Source: Pseudomonadota bacterium (GTDB taxonomy: Bacteria; Desulfobacterota; Desulfobacteria; Desulfobacterales; Desulfosarcinaceae). From it: 64,000 bases of DNA. Each line of letters begins with the position of its first letter. The stretch's first letter is position 1. The DNA lies in the NCBI GenBank assembly GCA_023435265.1, contig JAEYRZ010000180.1, forward strand, positions 10,439 to 74,438. Direction: 5' to 3'. The notes beneath the pieces were generated by a model, which did not search any database, had not been told where the DNA came from, and saw only the letters and a program-made list of their open reading frames with translations. Position numbers and translations under genes: made by a program. Positions 1 through 10,397 of the stretch are shown one piece after another.

Positions 1-1874
1 CGCTGATCGACGAATCCTTTTCGCCCTTGTGGCAGCCGCTGCAGTACCGGGCGCACGATCCGGAGCAGGGGTGGATTCATCCGACCACGGCCGGCTTCCG
101 CCTGCGGACGCCATCGGGCGCGTGTTACGAAACCCGGCTGCCCACCGACCGGCAGGTTTTCTGGAACCATTTCCAGGAGCAGTGGCTGCCGCAGCTTGAA
201 GCGCGCATGCAGGCGCGCCTGGCCGGCGAAGTCGAGCCCTCCGATGCCGCGTTCTGGGAAACCCTGCGCATCGCGGTGGAGATCGACGAGACCGATGAAC
301 GCCTGGGCCCGGAGCGCGATCGCATCTGTCCCATGGAGGCGCTGCACGAAGACCTGTATTTCTTCCTGCTCGACGCCTTCCAGCATTTTTCCGCCGCGCA
401 TCGGTTGCCGGATACCCTGGGCCTGGGAGCCGTGCTGCCGGTGGTCGCCGCCCGCACGGCCGACGCGACTCCCCGCGCCGTGCTGACCGCCAGGCCGCTG
501 GAGTGGCCCCGGGCGCCCCGCAGTGCATCCGAGGCGGGCGCGGCGGCGCTTGCCGCGATGGTGAAAAAGCCGCACGGGGGCTGGGAATTCCGCTTCAGGC
601 TGTCGCAGCCCGCCGCGCAGGTGCGGAACCTGGCCGCCGTCGCCCAAACCTGGGGCTATGACTGCCGTACGGCGCCCGACGGCGTCGTCCTGAAGGCGGC
701 GTCGCCCGGAGCAAGGAGGGCTGCCGCGCCAATGCCCGGTCCCCTGCCGGAGGTGCCGACCACCACCTGCCTTTCACGGGCCGAAGCCGAGCGTGTGCTG
801 GACCATCTCGCTGCGCACAAGCATATCGAAGTCTGGACCGCGGGCCGGTCGCTGCGCGGCCGGCCGATCCGGGTCATCGAAGCGTTTTGCGTCCCAGCGG
901 CGGATGTAATTTCCGTGGCCCGCCTGCGCTTGGTCAAACCCACCCTGCTGGTCAATGCCCGTCACCATGCGAACGAGATCTCCGGCACCCCGGCCGCCCT
1001 GCGCTTCATGGCCGACCTGGCCGGCGGGCGGCTTTCGGGTTTGCTGCAGCGCGCCAATGCGGTCTGCATTCCCATGGAGAATATCGACGGCCTGGCCTGC
1101 TTCGAAGCGATCGCGCACCAGGGCCGCGACCACAAACTGCATGCCGCCCGTTACAATGCGGTGGGCGCCGAATTCTACGCCGATTACTTCAGATCGCCGC
1201 CGCGCTTCGGCGAAGCGGCCGTCAAACCGCTGTTGTGGCGACGCTGGCTGCCCGAGTTGATGGTCGATCTGCACGGCGTGCCCGGGCACGAGTGGGAGCA
1301 GCCCTTTGCGGGATATACGCCGGCGCGCTTCGAACAGTTCTGGATTCCCAATACCTTCGTCTATGCGATCATGCCGTTTCTGGAAGAACCGGAGCATCCG
1401 CTGCACGCGGTCACGCAGCGCCTGATTGCGGCGATGCGGCGCGCGCTCGGCGGCGAAGCAGAGATCATCGAGGCCAACCGGAAGCTCGCAGACCGCTATC
1501 AACGGTATGCCCGCGGACCCGAACCGGAGGTCTTTCCGGCCGCGGCGCACGAAATCCTGTCCGCGGTGCCGCCCCTGGGGAGAACGCGCGACATCAATTT
1601 CGCCCGGCGCTATCCCCGGGTGACCCGATCGGAAATAGTCGTCGAAGTGCCCGACGAAGGCAGCGACGGTCAACTCCTGCACCTGTGCGTGCAGGCCCAT
1701 TTCCGGATACAGGAGGCGCTGATCGAGGCCCTGGCGGTCGGCCGCGACGGCGCCGTACGGATAACGGTAGAGAATTCGGGGGACATGGCCTGGCAGGCGG
1801 GACGGATGCGTGAGCACGCGCCCGATGCACCGACTGCGCAGGCGAACACGATGCAAGGAGGAAACGATGCGTAA
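1..1874 (+). CDS. M14-family zinc carboxypeptidase-like protein (5' partial, frame open to window edge)
   Basis: The frame of ORF 27..1874 has no stop back to position 3. Motifs NARHHANE (HxxE), IPMENIDG and VDLHG match the zinc-ligand pattern of M14 peptidases. The 3' end overlaps the next gene start by 8 nt. Confidence 0.65.
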   Translation, partial: LIDESFSPLWQPLQYRAHDPEQGWIHPTTAGFRLRTPSGACYETRLPTDRQVFWNHFQEQWLPQLEARMQARLAGEVEPSDAAFWETLRIAVEIDETDERLGPERDRICPMEALHEDLYFFLLDAFQHFSAAHRLPDTLGLGAVLPVVAARTADATPRAVLTARPLEWPRAPRSASEAGAAALAAMVKKPHGGWEFRFRLSQPAAQVRNLAAVAQTWGYDCRTAPDGVVLKAASPGARRAAAPMPGPLPEVPTTTCLSRAEAERVLDHLAAHKHIEVWTAGRSLRGRPIRVIEAFCVPAADVISVARLRLVKPTLLVNARHHANEISGTPAALRFMADLAGGRLSGLLQRANAVCIPMENIDGLACFEAIAHQGRDHKLHAARYNAVGAEFYADYFRSPPRFGEAAVKPLLWRRWLPELMVDLHGVPGHEWEQPFAGYTPARFEQFWIPNTFVYAIMPFLEEPEHPLHAVTQRLIAAMRRALGGEAEIIEANRKLADRYQRYARGPEPEVFPAAAHEILSAVPPLGRTRDINFARRYPRVTRSEIVVEVPDEGSDGQLLHLCVQAHFRIQEALIEALAVGRDGAVRITVENSGDMAWQAGRMREHAPDAPTAQANTMQGGNDA

Positions 1875-3423
1875 AGTCGGGTGTTTCATTGCAGTTTGGG
1901 TACTATTGTGGCCGATGCTGGCCGGAGCGGCCACCGACGCGGACACGCTGATCTGGGGCCGCGGGGGCGATTCGGTCAGTCTGGATCTGGCGCAGGCTAC
2001 GGACGGCGAATCGATCAAAGCCGGAATCCAGATCCTGGAGAATCTGGTCAAATTCGGCGACAATTCCATGGACGTGGAGCCGCAGCTGGCCACTTCGTGG
2101 GAAATTTCCAAGGATGGCCTGACCTGGACCTTTCACCTGCGCAAAGGGGTCCTGTTTCATGACGGCACGCCCTTCAACGCCCAGGCGGTCGCGGATTCGT
2201 TCCGTCGGGTGATCGACCCCCAGCATCCCCTGCACGCCCTGGGACAATGGAAGTATGTCGGGTTGTCGCTCAAGCCGGTCACCGCCGTCAAGGTGATCGA
2301 CGACTATACGGTCGCCCTGACCACCGAAAAACCCTATGCGCCGCTGCTCAACAACCTGGCCCTGTGGCTCTGCCCGATCCTGTCGCCCAAGGCCATGGCC
2401 GAACAAAAGGATCAGATCGGCCAGCATCCGGTCGGCACCGGGCCCTACACCTTCGTCCGATGGGTCAAGGACGACCAGATCGTCCTCGAGCGCAACGAGA
2501 AGTATTGGGGCGGCCAGCCCAAGCTCAAGCGCATCATCCTCAAATCCATTCCCGAGCCCTCGGCCCGCCTGATGGCCCTGCAGTCCGGCACCGTGGACAT
2601 CGCCGACGACCTGGACCCCGACTCGATCGCAGTGGTCAAGAAGGATTCCAATCTTGCGGTCAAGGAATGCCCCAGCATCAATGTCGGCTACCTGGCCATC
2701 AACACCTCCAAACCCTATCTGAGCGACGCCCGCGTGCGGCGGGCCATCAGCCACGCCATTGACAAAAAGGTGCTGATCGATGCCCTGTTCCAGGGGCTGG
2801 CCGTTCCGGCCAAAAACCCGTTCGCGCCCAGCATCTGGAGCCACAACGATGCCATTCAGGACTACGGCTACGATCCGAAGAAGGCCGAGGCCCTGCTCAA
2901 GGAGGCCGGCTTCGACAAGAACCGCGAAATCGAGCTGTGGGCCATGCCGGTCTCGCGGGCCTACATGCCCGACCCGGTCAAGACCTCGGAACTGATTCAG
3001 GCCTATCTGGCGGCTGTGGGCCTCAAGTGCAAGATCGTGCGCTACGATTGGGGCACCTATCTGGAGAAAACCAGCAACGGCGAACACGACCTGTGCATGC
3101 TGGGTTGGCTGGGCGGCAACGCCGATCCGGACAACTTCCTCTACGGGCTGCTTTCCGCCGATAACGCCAAGACACCGGGGGCGGCCAACATCGCCATCTG
3201 GAAGAACGAAGAATTCACGGAGCTGGTCAAGTCCGCCCAGAAGAACTTCGACAAGGCGCAACGGACCGAAATTTATCTCAAGGCGCAGCAGATCTTCCAT
3301 GACGAAGCGCCCTGGGTGCCCATCGCCCACACCAAGATGGTGCGCTGCTTCAACAAGCGCGTGCAGGATGTGCCCCTGCGGCCCAACGGCCTGAACTCGT
3401 TCCAGATGGTCTGGAAGCAATAA
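1867..3423 (+). CDS. ABC transporter substrate-binding protein, peptide/nickel family 5 (DppA/OppA-like)
   Basis: ATG at 1867 is preceded by AAGGAGG. The N-terminus MRKVGCFIAVWVLLWPMLAGA looks like a signal peptide. Length and sequence are typical of family-5 SBPs, and two permeases and two ATPases follow. Confidence 0.9.
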   Translation: MRKVGCFIAVWVLLWPMLAGAATDADTLIWGRGGDSVSLDLAQATDGESIKAGIQILENLVKFGDNSMDVEPQLATSWEISKDGLTWTFHLRKGVLFHDGTPFNAQAVADSFRRVIDPQHPLHALGQWKYVGLSLKPVTAVKVIDDYTVALTTEKPYAPLLNNLALWLCPILSPKAMAEQKDQIGQHPVGTGPYTFVRWVKDDQIVLERNEKYWGGQPKLKRIILKSIPEPSARLMALQSGTVDIADDLDPDSIAVVKKDSNLAVKECPSINVGYLAINTSKPYLSDARVRRAISHAIDKKVLIDALFQGLAVPAKNPFAPSIWSHNDAIQDYGYDPKKAEALLKEAGFDKNREIELWAMPVSRAYMPDPVKTSELIQAYLAAVGLKCKIVRYDWGTYLEKTSNGEHDLCMLGWLGGNADPDNFLYGLLSADNAKTPGAANIAIWKNEEFTELVKSAQKNFDKAQRTEIYLKAQQIFHDEAPWVPIAHTKMVRCFNKRVQDVPLRPNGLNSFQMVWKQ

Positions 3424-3428
3424 GACGC

Positions 3429-4436
3429 ATGCTCCTGTACGTCGGCAAACGGCTGTTCCAGCTGATCTGGATCCTGGCGGGAGTCTCGCTGGTGGTGTTC
3501 CTGATGCTCAGGCTCATCCCCGGAGATCCGGCCCAGCTTCTGCTCGGCGAGGCCGCCGGCGCACAGGAGCTCGAAGCACTGCGCCACCGGCTGGGGCTGG
3601 ACCAGCCTCAGCCGGTGCAATTTCTCCTGTTCATCAAGAACATGCTGCAGGGCGACTTCGGCAAGTCGCTGCGCACGGGGCTGCCGGTTCTGAACGAAAT
3701 CATGCTGCGCCTGCCGGCCACGCTGGAGCTGAGCCTGGCCGCCATGCTGATCGCCACCATTTTCGGCATCCTCGCCGGGGTGGTCTCGGCCGTGTACAAG
3801 CAGTCGGCGCTCGACTACGGCGCCATGCTGATGGCGCTGGTCGGGGTCTCCATGCCGATCTTCTGGCTGGGCCTGATGCTGATCTACCTTTTCGCCGTGC
3901 ACTGGCAGGTGCTGCCCATGATGGGCCGCATCAGCATGGGCACCGAGTTTCCGGCGATCACGCGCCTGGTGGTGGTCGACGCCCTGCTGAACGGCCGCCC
4001 GGCCGCCGCCCTGGACGGGCTGCGCCACCTGCTGCTGCCGGCCGTGACGCTGTCCACCATCCCCATGGCCATCGTGGCGCGCATCACGCGTTCGAGCATG
4101 CTGGAAGTACTTCGCCAGGACTATGTGCGCACCGCGCGGGCCAAGGGGATGCCCGAAAGCGTGGTGGTCGTGCGCCACGCCCTGCGCAACGCGTTTTTGC
4201 CGATCGTAACGGTTCTGGGAATCAACCTGGGCCTGCTGCTGGGCGGGGCGGTGCTCACGGAGACGATATTCTCCTGGCCCGGCCTGGGGCGCTACGTGGT
4301 CGACTCCCTGATGGGCCGCGACTACAATGCCGTGCAGGCCTGCATCCTTGTATTCGCCGTGATGATGACCCTGATCAACCTGGGCGTGGACTTGATTTAT
4401 GCCGTGCTCGACCCGCGGATCCGCATCCATGAATGA
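3429..4436 (+). CDS. ABC peptide transporter permease (DppB/OppB-type)
   Basis: Polytopic hydrophobic protein carrying the conserved DYVRTARAKGMPE..HALRNAFLP segment typical of DppB/OppB permeases. Confidence 0.9.
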   Translation: MLLYVGKRLFQLIWILAGVSLVVFLMLRLIPGDPAQLLLGEAAGAQELEALRHRLGLDQPQPVQFLLFIKNMLQGDFGKSLRTGLPVLNEIMLRLPATLELSLAAMLIATIFGILAGVVSAVYKQSALDYGAMLMALVGVSMPIFWLGLMLIYLFAVHWQVLPMMGRISMGTEFPAITRLVVVDALLNGRPAAALDGLRHLLLPAVTLSTIPMAIVARITRSSMLEVLRQDYVRTARAKGMPESVVVVRHALRNAFLPIVTVLGINLGLLLGGAVLTETIFSWPGLGRYVVDSLMGRDYNAVQACILVFAVMMTLINLGVDLIYAVLDPRIRIHE

Positions 4437-4483
4437 GGAGGGTGAACGGGATGCTTTCTGCAACGCGGGAGAAATCACGAAAA

Positions 4484-4593
4484 CGGATATCTGAAATGCT
4501 CAAGTACGTTAGACTGCCTTAGCGCAGCGGTTGCCGGGGTATCCCGGCACACCTGATCTGTGCCATCGAACCAAACTGGAACTTTCCAGATAA
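4484..4593 (+). repeat. MITE-like dispersed repeat, copy A (compact full-length form)
   Basis: Starts CGGATATCTGAAATGCTCAAG and ends CCAAACTGGAACTTTCCAGATAA. It shares both ends with 20029-20290, the left half with 26270-26333 (reverse) and the right half with 47317-47365. Internal GC hairpins are present (CCGGGgtatCCCGG, GGCAC-N9-GTGCC). Confidence 0.85.
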
Positions 4594-4625
4594 CCGTATA
4601 ACTTAATGCTTAATATGGTACCCCT

Positions 4626-5464
4626 ATGACCAAATGGGAGCGCATCGCGGAACTGCTGCGCAACAAAAACGCCTGCCTGGGACTGGCGGTCATCGGCGTG
4701 ATCGTGCTGGCCGCGATCCTGGGCGGCCTGGTTGCGCCCTACGATCCGCTGGTGCCTTCGCCGCTGTACCGCCTCAAGGGACCCGAGAGCGCGCACTGGT
4801 TCGGTACCGACAGCCTGGGCCGCGATATTTTCAGCCGCGTGATCCACGGCAGCCGCTTCTCGCTCCTGATCGGACTGACCGCGGTGGTCATCTCGCTCGT
4901 GCCCGGCACGGTGCTGGGCCTCATCGCCGGCTACGCCGGCAAGCGCCTGGACAGCCTGATCATGCGCCTGATGGATGTCCTCTTGGCTTTTCCGGCCATT
5001 CTGCTGGCCATATTCATCGCCGCCGTGCTCGGACCCAGTCTGATCAACACCATGCTGGCCGTGGGCATCGTCTATATTCCGCATTACGCGCGCATCGTCC
5101 GGGCAACCGTGCTGCAGTTGAAGAACCAGCTGTTCGTGCAGGCCGTCGGTCATCTGGGCGGCGGGCACCTGCGGATCGTATTGCTGCATATCCTGCCCAA
5201 CGCCCTGCCGCCGATCATCGTCTATGCCACCCTCGGAATGGGCACGGCCGTGCTGCAGGCGGCGGCGCTGGGATTCCTGGGCCTGGGCGCTCAGCCGCCG
5301 CAGCCCGAATGGGGCGCCATGCTTTCCGAAGGGCGCCAGTATATTCAGATCGCCCCGCACGTGGCCGCCTTCCCGGGCATCGCCATTCTTCTGCTGGTGC
5401 TGGGCTTCAACCTTTTCGGCGACGGGCTGCGCGACGTGCTCGATCCCGCTTTGCGGAACCTGTG

Positions 5465-5465
<1 letters not shown>
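4626..5465 (+). CDS. ABC peptide transporter permease (DppC/OppC-type)
   Basis: Has the HWFGTDSLGRDIFSRVIHGSR motif typical of DppC/OppC and a polytopic profile. Its stop overlaps the next ATG (TGATG). Confidence 0.9.
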
Positions 5466-6453
<988 letters not shown>

Positions 6454-6457
<4 letters not shown>

Positions 6458-7431
6458 CCCCGACCCCGGCAGCGCCCATCCTGGCGGCGGAAGCGCTGGC
6501 CAAGCACTACCCGCTCAAGGTGCGGCTGGGCCGCAAGCGCGCGCTCAAGGCGGTCGAAGATGTCTCCCTGGAAGTGTTCTCCGGAGAAGTGTTCGGCCTG
6601 GTGGGCGAGAGCGGCTGCGGCAAATCGACCCTGGGCCGCATCCTGCTGCACTACGAAGCGCCCACGGCCGGCCGGGTGATGTTCAAAGGCCGGTCCGTCG
6701 GGGGATTCTCACCGGCCCAGCGCAAAGCGTTCCGGCGCAGCGTCCAGATGATCTACCAGGATCCCTACTCGGCGCTCAACCCGCGCAAGTCGATCGGCGC
6801 GCTGATCGAAGAGCCGCTGACGATCCATGCCGTAGGGGACCGCGCCGGCCGCCGCGCACGGGTGGCCTGGCTGCTGGAAAAGGTCGGCCTGCTGCCCGAG
6901 CACGCCGTGCGCTACCCGCACCAGTTTTCGGGCGGGCAGCGCCAGCGCATCGTCATCGCCCGCGCCCTGGCGCTCAATCCCGAACTGATCCTGGCGGACG
7001 AGCCGGTCTCGGCCCTGGATGTCTCCATCCAGGCCCAGATCATCAACCTGCTCATGGACCTGCGCGCCGAGCTGGGTTTGACCTACCTCTTCATCTCCCA
7101 TGACCTGAGCGTGGTGCAGTACATATGCGACCGCCTGGCCGTGATGTACCTGGGCCGCTTCGTCGAACTGGCGCCCAAGGCCGAATTCTACCGCCAGCCC
7201 CTGCATCCGTACGCCAGAGCCCTGCTGGAGGCCGCACCGGTGCCCGATCCGGCATTGACGCGGGCGCGCACCATTTTGCAGGGCGACGTGCCCAGCCCGA
7301 TCGACCCGCCGCCGGGCTGCGCCTTCCACCCGCGTTGCCCCCACGTGCAACAGCGCTGCCGCGGCGAACGGCCCGAATTGCGTTCCATCACCGCCGCCCG
7401 CAGCGTGGCCTGCCATTTCCCGCTTCTTTGA
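6454..7431 (+). CDS. ABC peptide transporter ATP-binding protein (DppF/OppF-type)
   Basis: Internal start MTPTPAAP inside track ORF 5224..7431, overlapping the previous stop (ATGA). Walker [10 protein letters not shown], signature FSGGQRQR, Walker [11 protein letters not shown]. Confidence 0.9.
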
Positions 7432-7514
7432 TTTGAACTTTTTCCGCAGCGCCTGATCGCGGCTTACCCGATCGGTCAGCCTCGGGGGCCGGCAGGAGCC
7501 CGCATCGGTGCCGA

Positions 7515-7736
7515 CTAATCGATGTGACGGGCTTTCTCCAGGGTGGCTTTAAGATCGAAGGGCGGGTGTTGGTTGCAGCGGGCAGCGTTTGCGGCGCCGC
7601 AGCGACATTCCTGCTTGTGGTCACCGCAGGAGTGCAGCCGCGCCGCCCCGCCTTCCCGGCGGTTTTTGAATATCAGGACCGCGCAGCAAAGGCCGAAAAC
7701 CATCAGGGCCAACAGCAGGATTGTCAGGAATTGCAT
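7515..7736 (-). CDS. small single-TM Cys-rich protein (function unknown)
   Basis: 73-aa ORF with GGGAG 8 nt upstream of its ATG. The N-terminal TM helix is LTILLLALMVFGLCCAVLIF, followed by the Cys/His cluster HSCGDHKQECRCGAANAARC. It could still be a chance ORF. Confidence 0.4.
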   Translation of the reverse strand: MQFLTILLLALMVFGLCCAVLIFKNRREGGAARLHSCGDHKQECRCGAANAARCNQHPPFDLKATLEKARHID

Positions 7737-7848
7737 TGGTAAGTCTCCCTCGATGCCCGTACAGTAATAAGCCGCCCCTTCGAGGTCAATCCGGTTGTGC
7801 GAGATCCAGCAATTCTTGCCGACCGGCGTTCCGTTAACAATGAGGGGT

Positions 7849-7923
7849 TCACCACAGAGAATACAGAGGACACAGAGAAAAACAAAAAAGACTCTCTGTG
7901 AACTCTGTGCGCTCTGTGGTGAT
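7849..7923. repeat. 9-mer (..ACAGAG) tandem-palindrome hairpin element, copy 1
   Basis: Left arm CACCACAGAG-AATACAGAG-GACACAGAG, then an A-rich loop, then right arm CTCTCTGTG-AACTCTGTG-CGCTCTGTGGTG. It lies just downstream of the pstB 3' end. Confidence 0.85.
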
Positions 7924-7948
7924 CAAGGTTCGCGAGGCGCCCGTGGGG

Positions 7949-8659
7949 TCATTCGAAAAGGCGTCCCTGCGCGAAGCGGATGACCCGGTCGGCGATGCGC
8001 TCCACCTGGTCCGTGTAGTGCGACACCACCAGGATGGTCAGGCGCCCCTTGAGTTCTGCGATCAGCGTTTCGATCGCCCGGCCGGAGGTTTCGTCGAGCG
8101 CCGAGGTCGGCTCGTCCAGCAGCAGCACTTCCGGTTCCAGCATCAGGGCGCGGGCGATGCACAGGCGTTGCTGCTGGCCGACGGAAAGGGTCAGGGCATC
8201 CGCGCCGAGACGGTCTTTGACTTCAGTCCAGAGGTGGGCGCGGGACAGCACTTCTTCGGCCCTCGCGGCGATCACTTCCTGATTTCGCTCTCCGGCCAGC
8301 ATGAGCGGAAAGGACAGATTGCGGTAAATGCTCATCGGCAGCGGATTGGGGGTTTGAAAGACCATGCCCACCTTGCGCCGCAGCCAGGTCAGGGGAACAT
8401 GGGGGGCGGTGATATTCTGCAATTGCCCTGCCAGACGGATGCGAATGTGTCCGGTCATGCGGGCGCCGGGTACTTCCTGCCAGAGCCGGTTGAGCGTCGT
8501 CAGAAACGTTGATTTGCCAGCACCCGAAGGTCCCACCAGGGCGGTGACGGCCGATTCGGCGAAATCGGCGCTGACATCGTGCAACACAGGCCGCTCGTCG
8601 TAGAAGAGCGACATGCCGGCGACATGGATCTTGATTGGATTGTCCTGGGAAGCAATCAT
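7949..8659 (-). CDS. pstB: phosphate ABC transporter ATP-binding protein
   Basis: Walker A GPSGAGKST, signature LSVGQQQRLCIARAL, Walker B LLLDEPTSALD. It is the last gene of a pstS-C-A-B-ordered operon. Confidence 0.85.
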   Translation of the reverse strand: MIASQDNPIKIHVAGMSLFYDERPVLHDVSADFAESAVTALVGPSGAGKSTFLTTLNRLWQEVPGARMTGHIRIRLAGQLQNITAPHVPLTWLRRKVGMVFQTPNPLPMSIYRNLSFPLMLAGERNQEVIAARAEEVLSRAHLWTEVKDRLGADALTLSVGQQQRLCIARALMLEPEVLLLDEPTSALDETSGRAIETLIAELKGRLTILVVSHYTDQVERIADRVIRFAQGRLFE

Positions 8660-9534
8660 GCACGGTACAGTAAATTATGGCTCAAACGCCGTTTGATAAA
8701 AGAAGCCAGGGCGAACAGCCCCACGCACATCGACAGCAGAACCAGCGCCGCGCCGTATCCGGTGTCCAGCTCCGCGGGGCTCGTGTACTGCGCGGAGATG
8801 TAATAGATGTAGAACGGCAGCGCCTCGTAAGGCTCCAGCAGCGAACGGGGGATTCCCGCTGAAGCCACTACGCCGGTCAACAGGATCACGGCCGTATCTT
8901 CGGCGCAGCGTCCGACGGAAAGAATGACGCCGGTCAGGATTCCGTTGAGCGCGCGCGGCAGCAGCACCAGGCGGATATTTTGAAACCGGCTGGCGCCGAG
9001 TGCCAGCGCCGTCAGGCGGGTCTGGGCGGGCAATCCTTCCAGGGCGCCCTGGGTCGTACGGATCACATAGGGCAGCACGAGCAGGGCCAGGGCCAGGCTG
9101 GAAACGAGCAGGCAGGGCCCGATATCACGCGACACGTACCGGTGCAGCAAAACCGCCACGGCAAATCCGAAGAGCCCGATGACGACCGAGGGTACCCCGG
9201 CCAGGATATCGAAGAAGAGGTCGAAGAGCTTCTTGAGCCATCCGCCGGCATATTCGGCCATGTATATTCCGGCGGCGATGCCGGGTGGAAGCGCTAAGGC
9301 CACTGAGCAGCAGACCAGGACGAGGGTCCCCGCAACGGCCGGAAAGAGTCCGTCGAAAACCGGCTGCCTCAGAAGCAGCGCATCGATCGCCGGCGTGCCG
9401 CCGAAGAAAAGCGTCCGGCCGAGCATGCCGGCCCCCCTTGCGGCGATATGGCCGAGGATCGCGGCCAGCCCTGAAACCAGCAGCAGGGCGCTGCCCCATG
9501 AAAAGAGGGTCACCAGGCGGTCCAGGGACTTCAT
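8656..9534 (-). CDS. pstA: phosphate ABC transporter permease PstA-type
   Basis: Internal start MKSLDRLV (CAT at 9532-9534) inside track ORF 8656..10143. Has the EAA-type loop ALGASRFQNIRLVLLPRALNGILTG and 4-nt overlaps with both neighbours. Confidence 0.85.
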   Translation of the reverse strand: MKSLDRLVTLFSWGSALLLVSGLAAILGHIAARGAGMLGRTLFFGGTPAIDALLLRQPVFDGLFPAVAGTLVLVCCSVALALPPGIAAGIYMAEYAGGWLKKLFDLFFDILAGVPSVVIGLFGFAVAVLLHRYVSRDIGPCLLVSSLALALLVLPYVIRTTQGALEGLPAQTRLTALALGASRFQNIRLVLLPRALNGILTGVILSVGRCAEDTAVILLTGVVASAGIPRSLLEPYEALPFYIYYISAQYTSPAELDTGYGAALVLLSMCVGLFALASFIKRRLSHNLLYRA

Positions 9535-10397
9535 TGCCGCACGCTTCCCTTCCGGTTGGATCCGATCAACCGCAGGGCGAAAACCAGGAACGCGCTGATG
9601 AGATACAACAGCACGCCGCAGGCGAAGATCGATTTGAATTCGATGCTCTCGACATCCGCGGCGATCACCAGGGCGATGTGCGCCGTGAGCGTGCGCACGG
9701 CGGCGAAAAGGGAGTCCGGCAGTTGGGCGGCGTTTCCGGCGATCATCAAGGCGATCATGGTGTCGCCCAGGGCCCGGCCGAAGGCCAGGATCAGCCCGCT
9801 GAGGATGCCCGTGCGGGCCTGCGGCAGCATGACGAACAAAAGCTTTTGAGCCGGGCTCGCGCCCAGGGCGTCGGCCGCCTGCAGGTAGCATTGCGGGACC
9901 TGGTCCAGCGCGTTTCCGAAGAACAGAATCATGGTCGGGGAGATCAGTAAAGCCAGCATCAGCGCGGCGCCGAGCAGGCTCAGCCCCGAGCCGCCTCCGG
10001 CCAGGCCGCGCACAGCCGGAACCAGCAGGAAAATACCCACAAAGCCGTAGATGACGGTGGGGATTCCGGTCATCAGCTGCACCATGCGCCGGAAAAACCG
10101 CCGGATGCGCTGCGGTGCGATCGCGGCCGCAAAGGCGGCGCATCCCAGGCTGATGGGAAAGGCGAAAATCAGGCTCGCGAGGGCGATGCCCAGGGTGCCG
10201 GCCAGCATGGGCAGAATGCCATAGGCCTGCGCTCCCGGATTCCAGGCTCCGGCAAGCAGGCGCGGCAGGAAACCTCCGCCGAAAAGCGGCAGCCCCATGA
10301 CGAGCATGAACCCGAAGATCAGCAGGCTGACGGCTCCGCCGGCCAGGGCGGCCGCCAGCAGCCCGCGTTCGAAGAGTCTTTCGGGCAGGGCACTCAT
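9531..10397 (-). CDS. pstC: phosphate ABC transporter permease PstC-type
   Basis: Polytopic protein with loop ALGASPAQKLLFVMLPQARTGILSGL, positioned between pstS and pstA. Confidence 0.85.
   Translation of the reverse strand: MSALPERLFERGLLAAALAGGAVSLLIFGFMLVMGLPLFGGGFLPRLLAGAWNPGAQAYGILPMLAGTLGIALASLIFAFPISLGCAAFAAAIAPQRIRRFFRRMVQLMTGIPTVIYGFVGIFLLVPAVRGLAGGGSGLSLLGAALMLALLISPTMILFFGNALDQVPQCYLQAADALGASPAQKLLFVMLPQARTGILSGLILAFGRALGDTMIALMIAGNAAQLPDSLFAAVRTLTAHIALVIAADVESIEFKSIFACGVLLYLISAFLVFALRLIGSNRKGSVRQ

Noticed and set aside
7849-7923. The ACAGAG repeat clusters (also at 27848, 40004 and 47435) could be mini CRISPR arrays.
   Set aside because: The units are 9 nt and directly tandem, with no spacers. 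They are arranged as two complementary arms of a hairpin. No cas genes are present.
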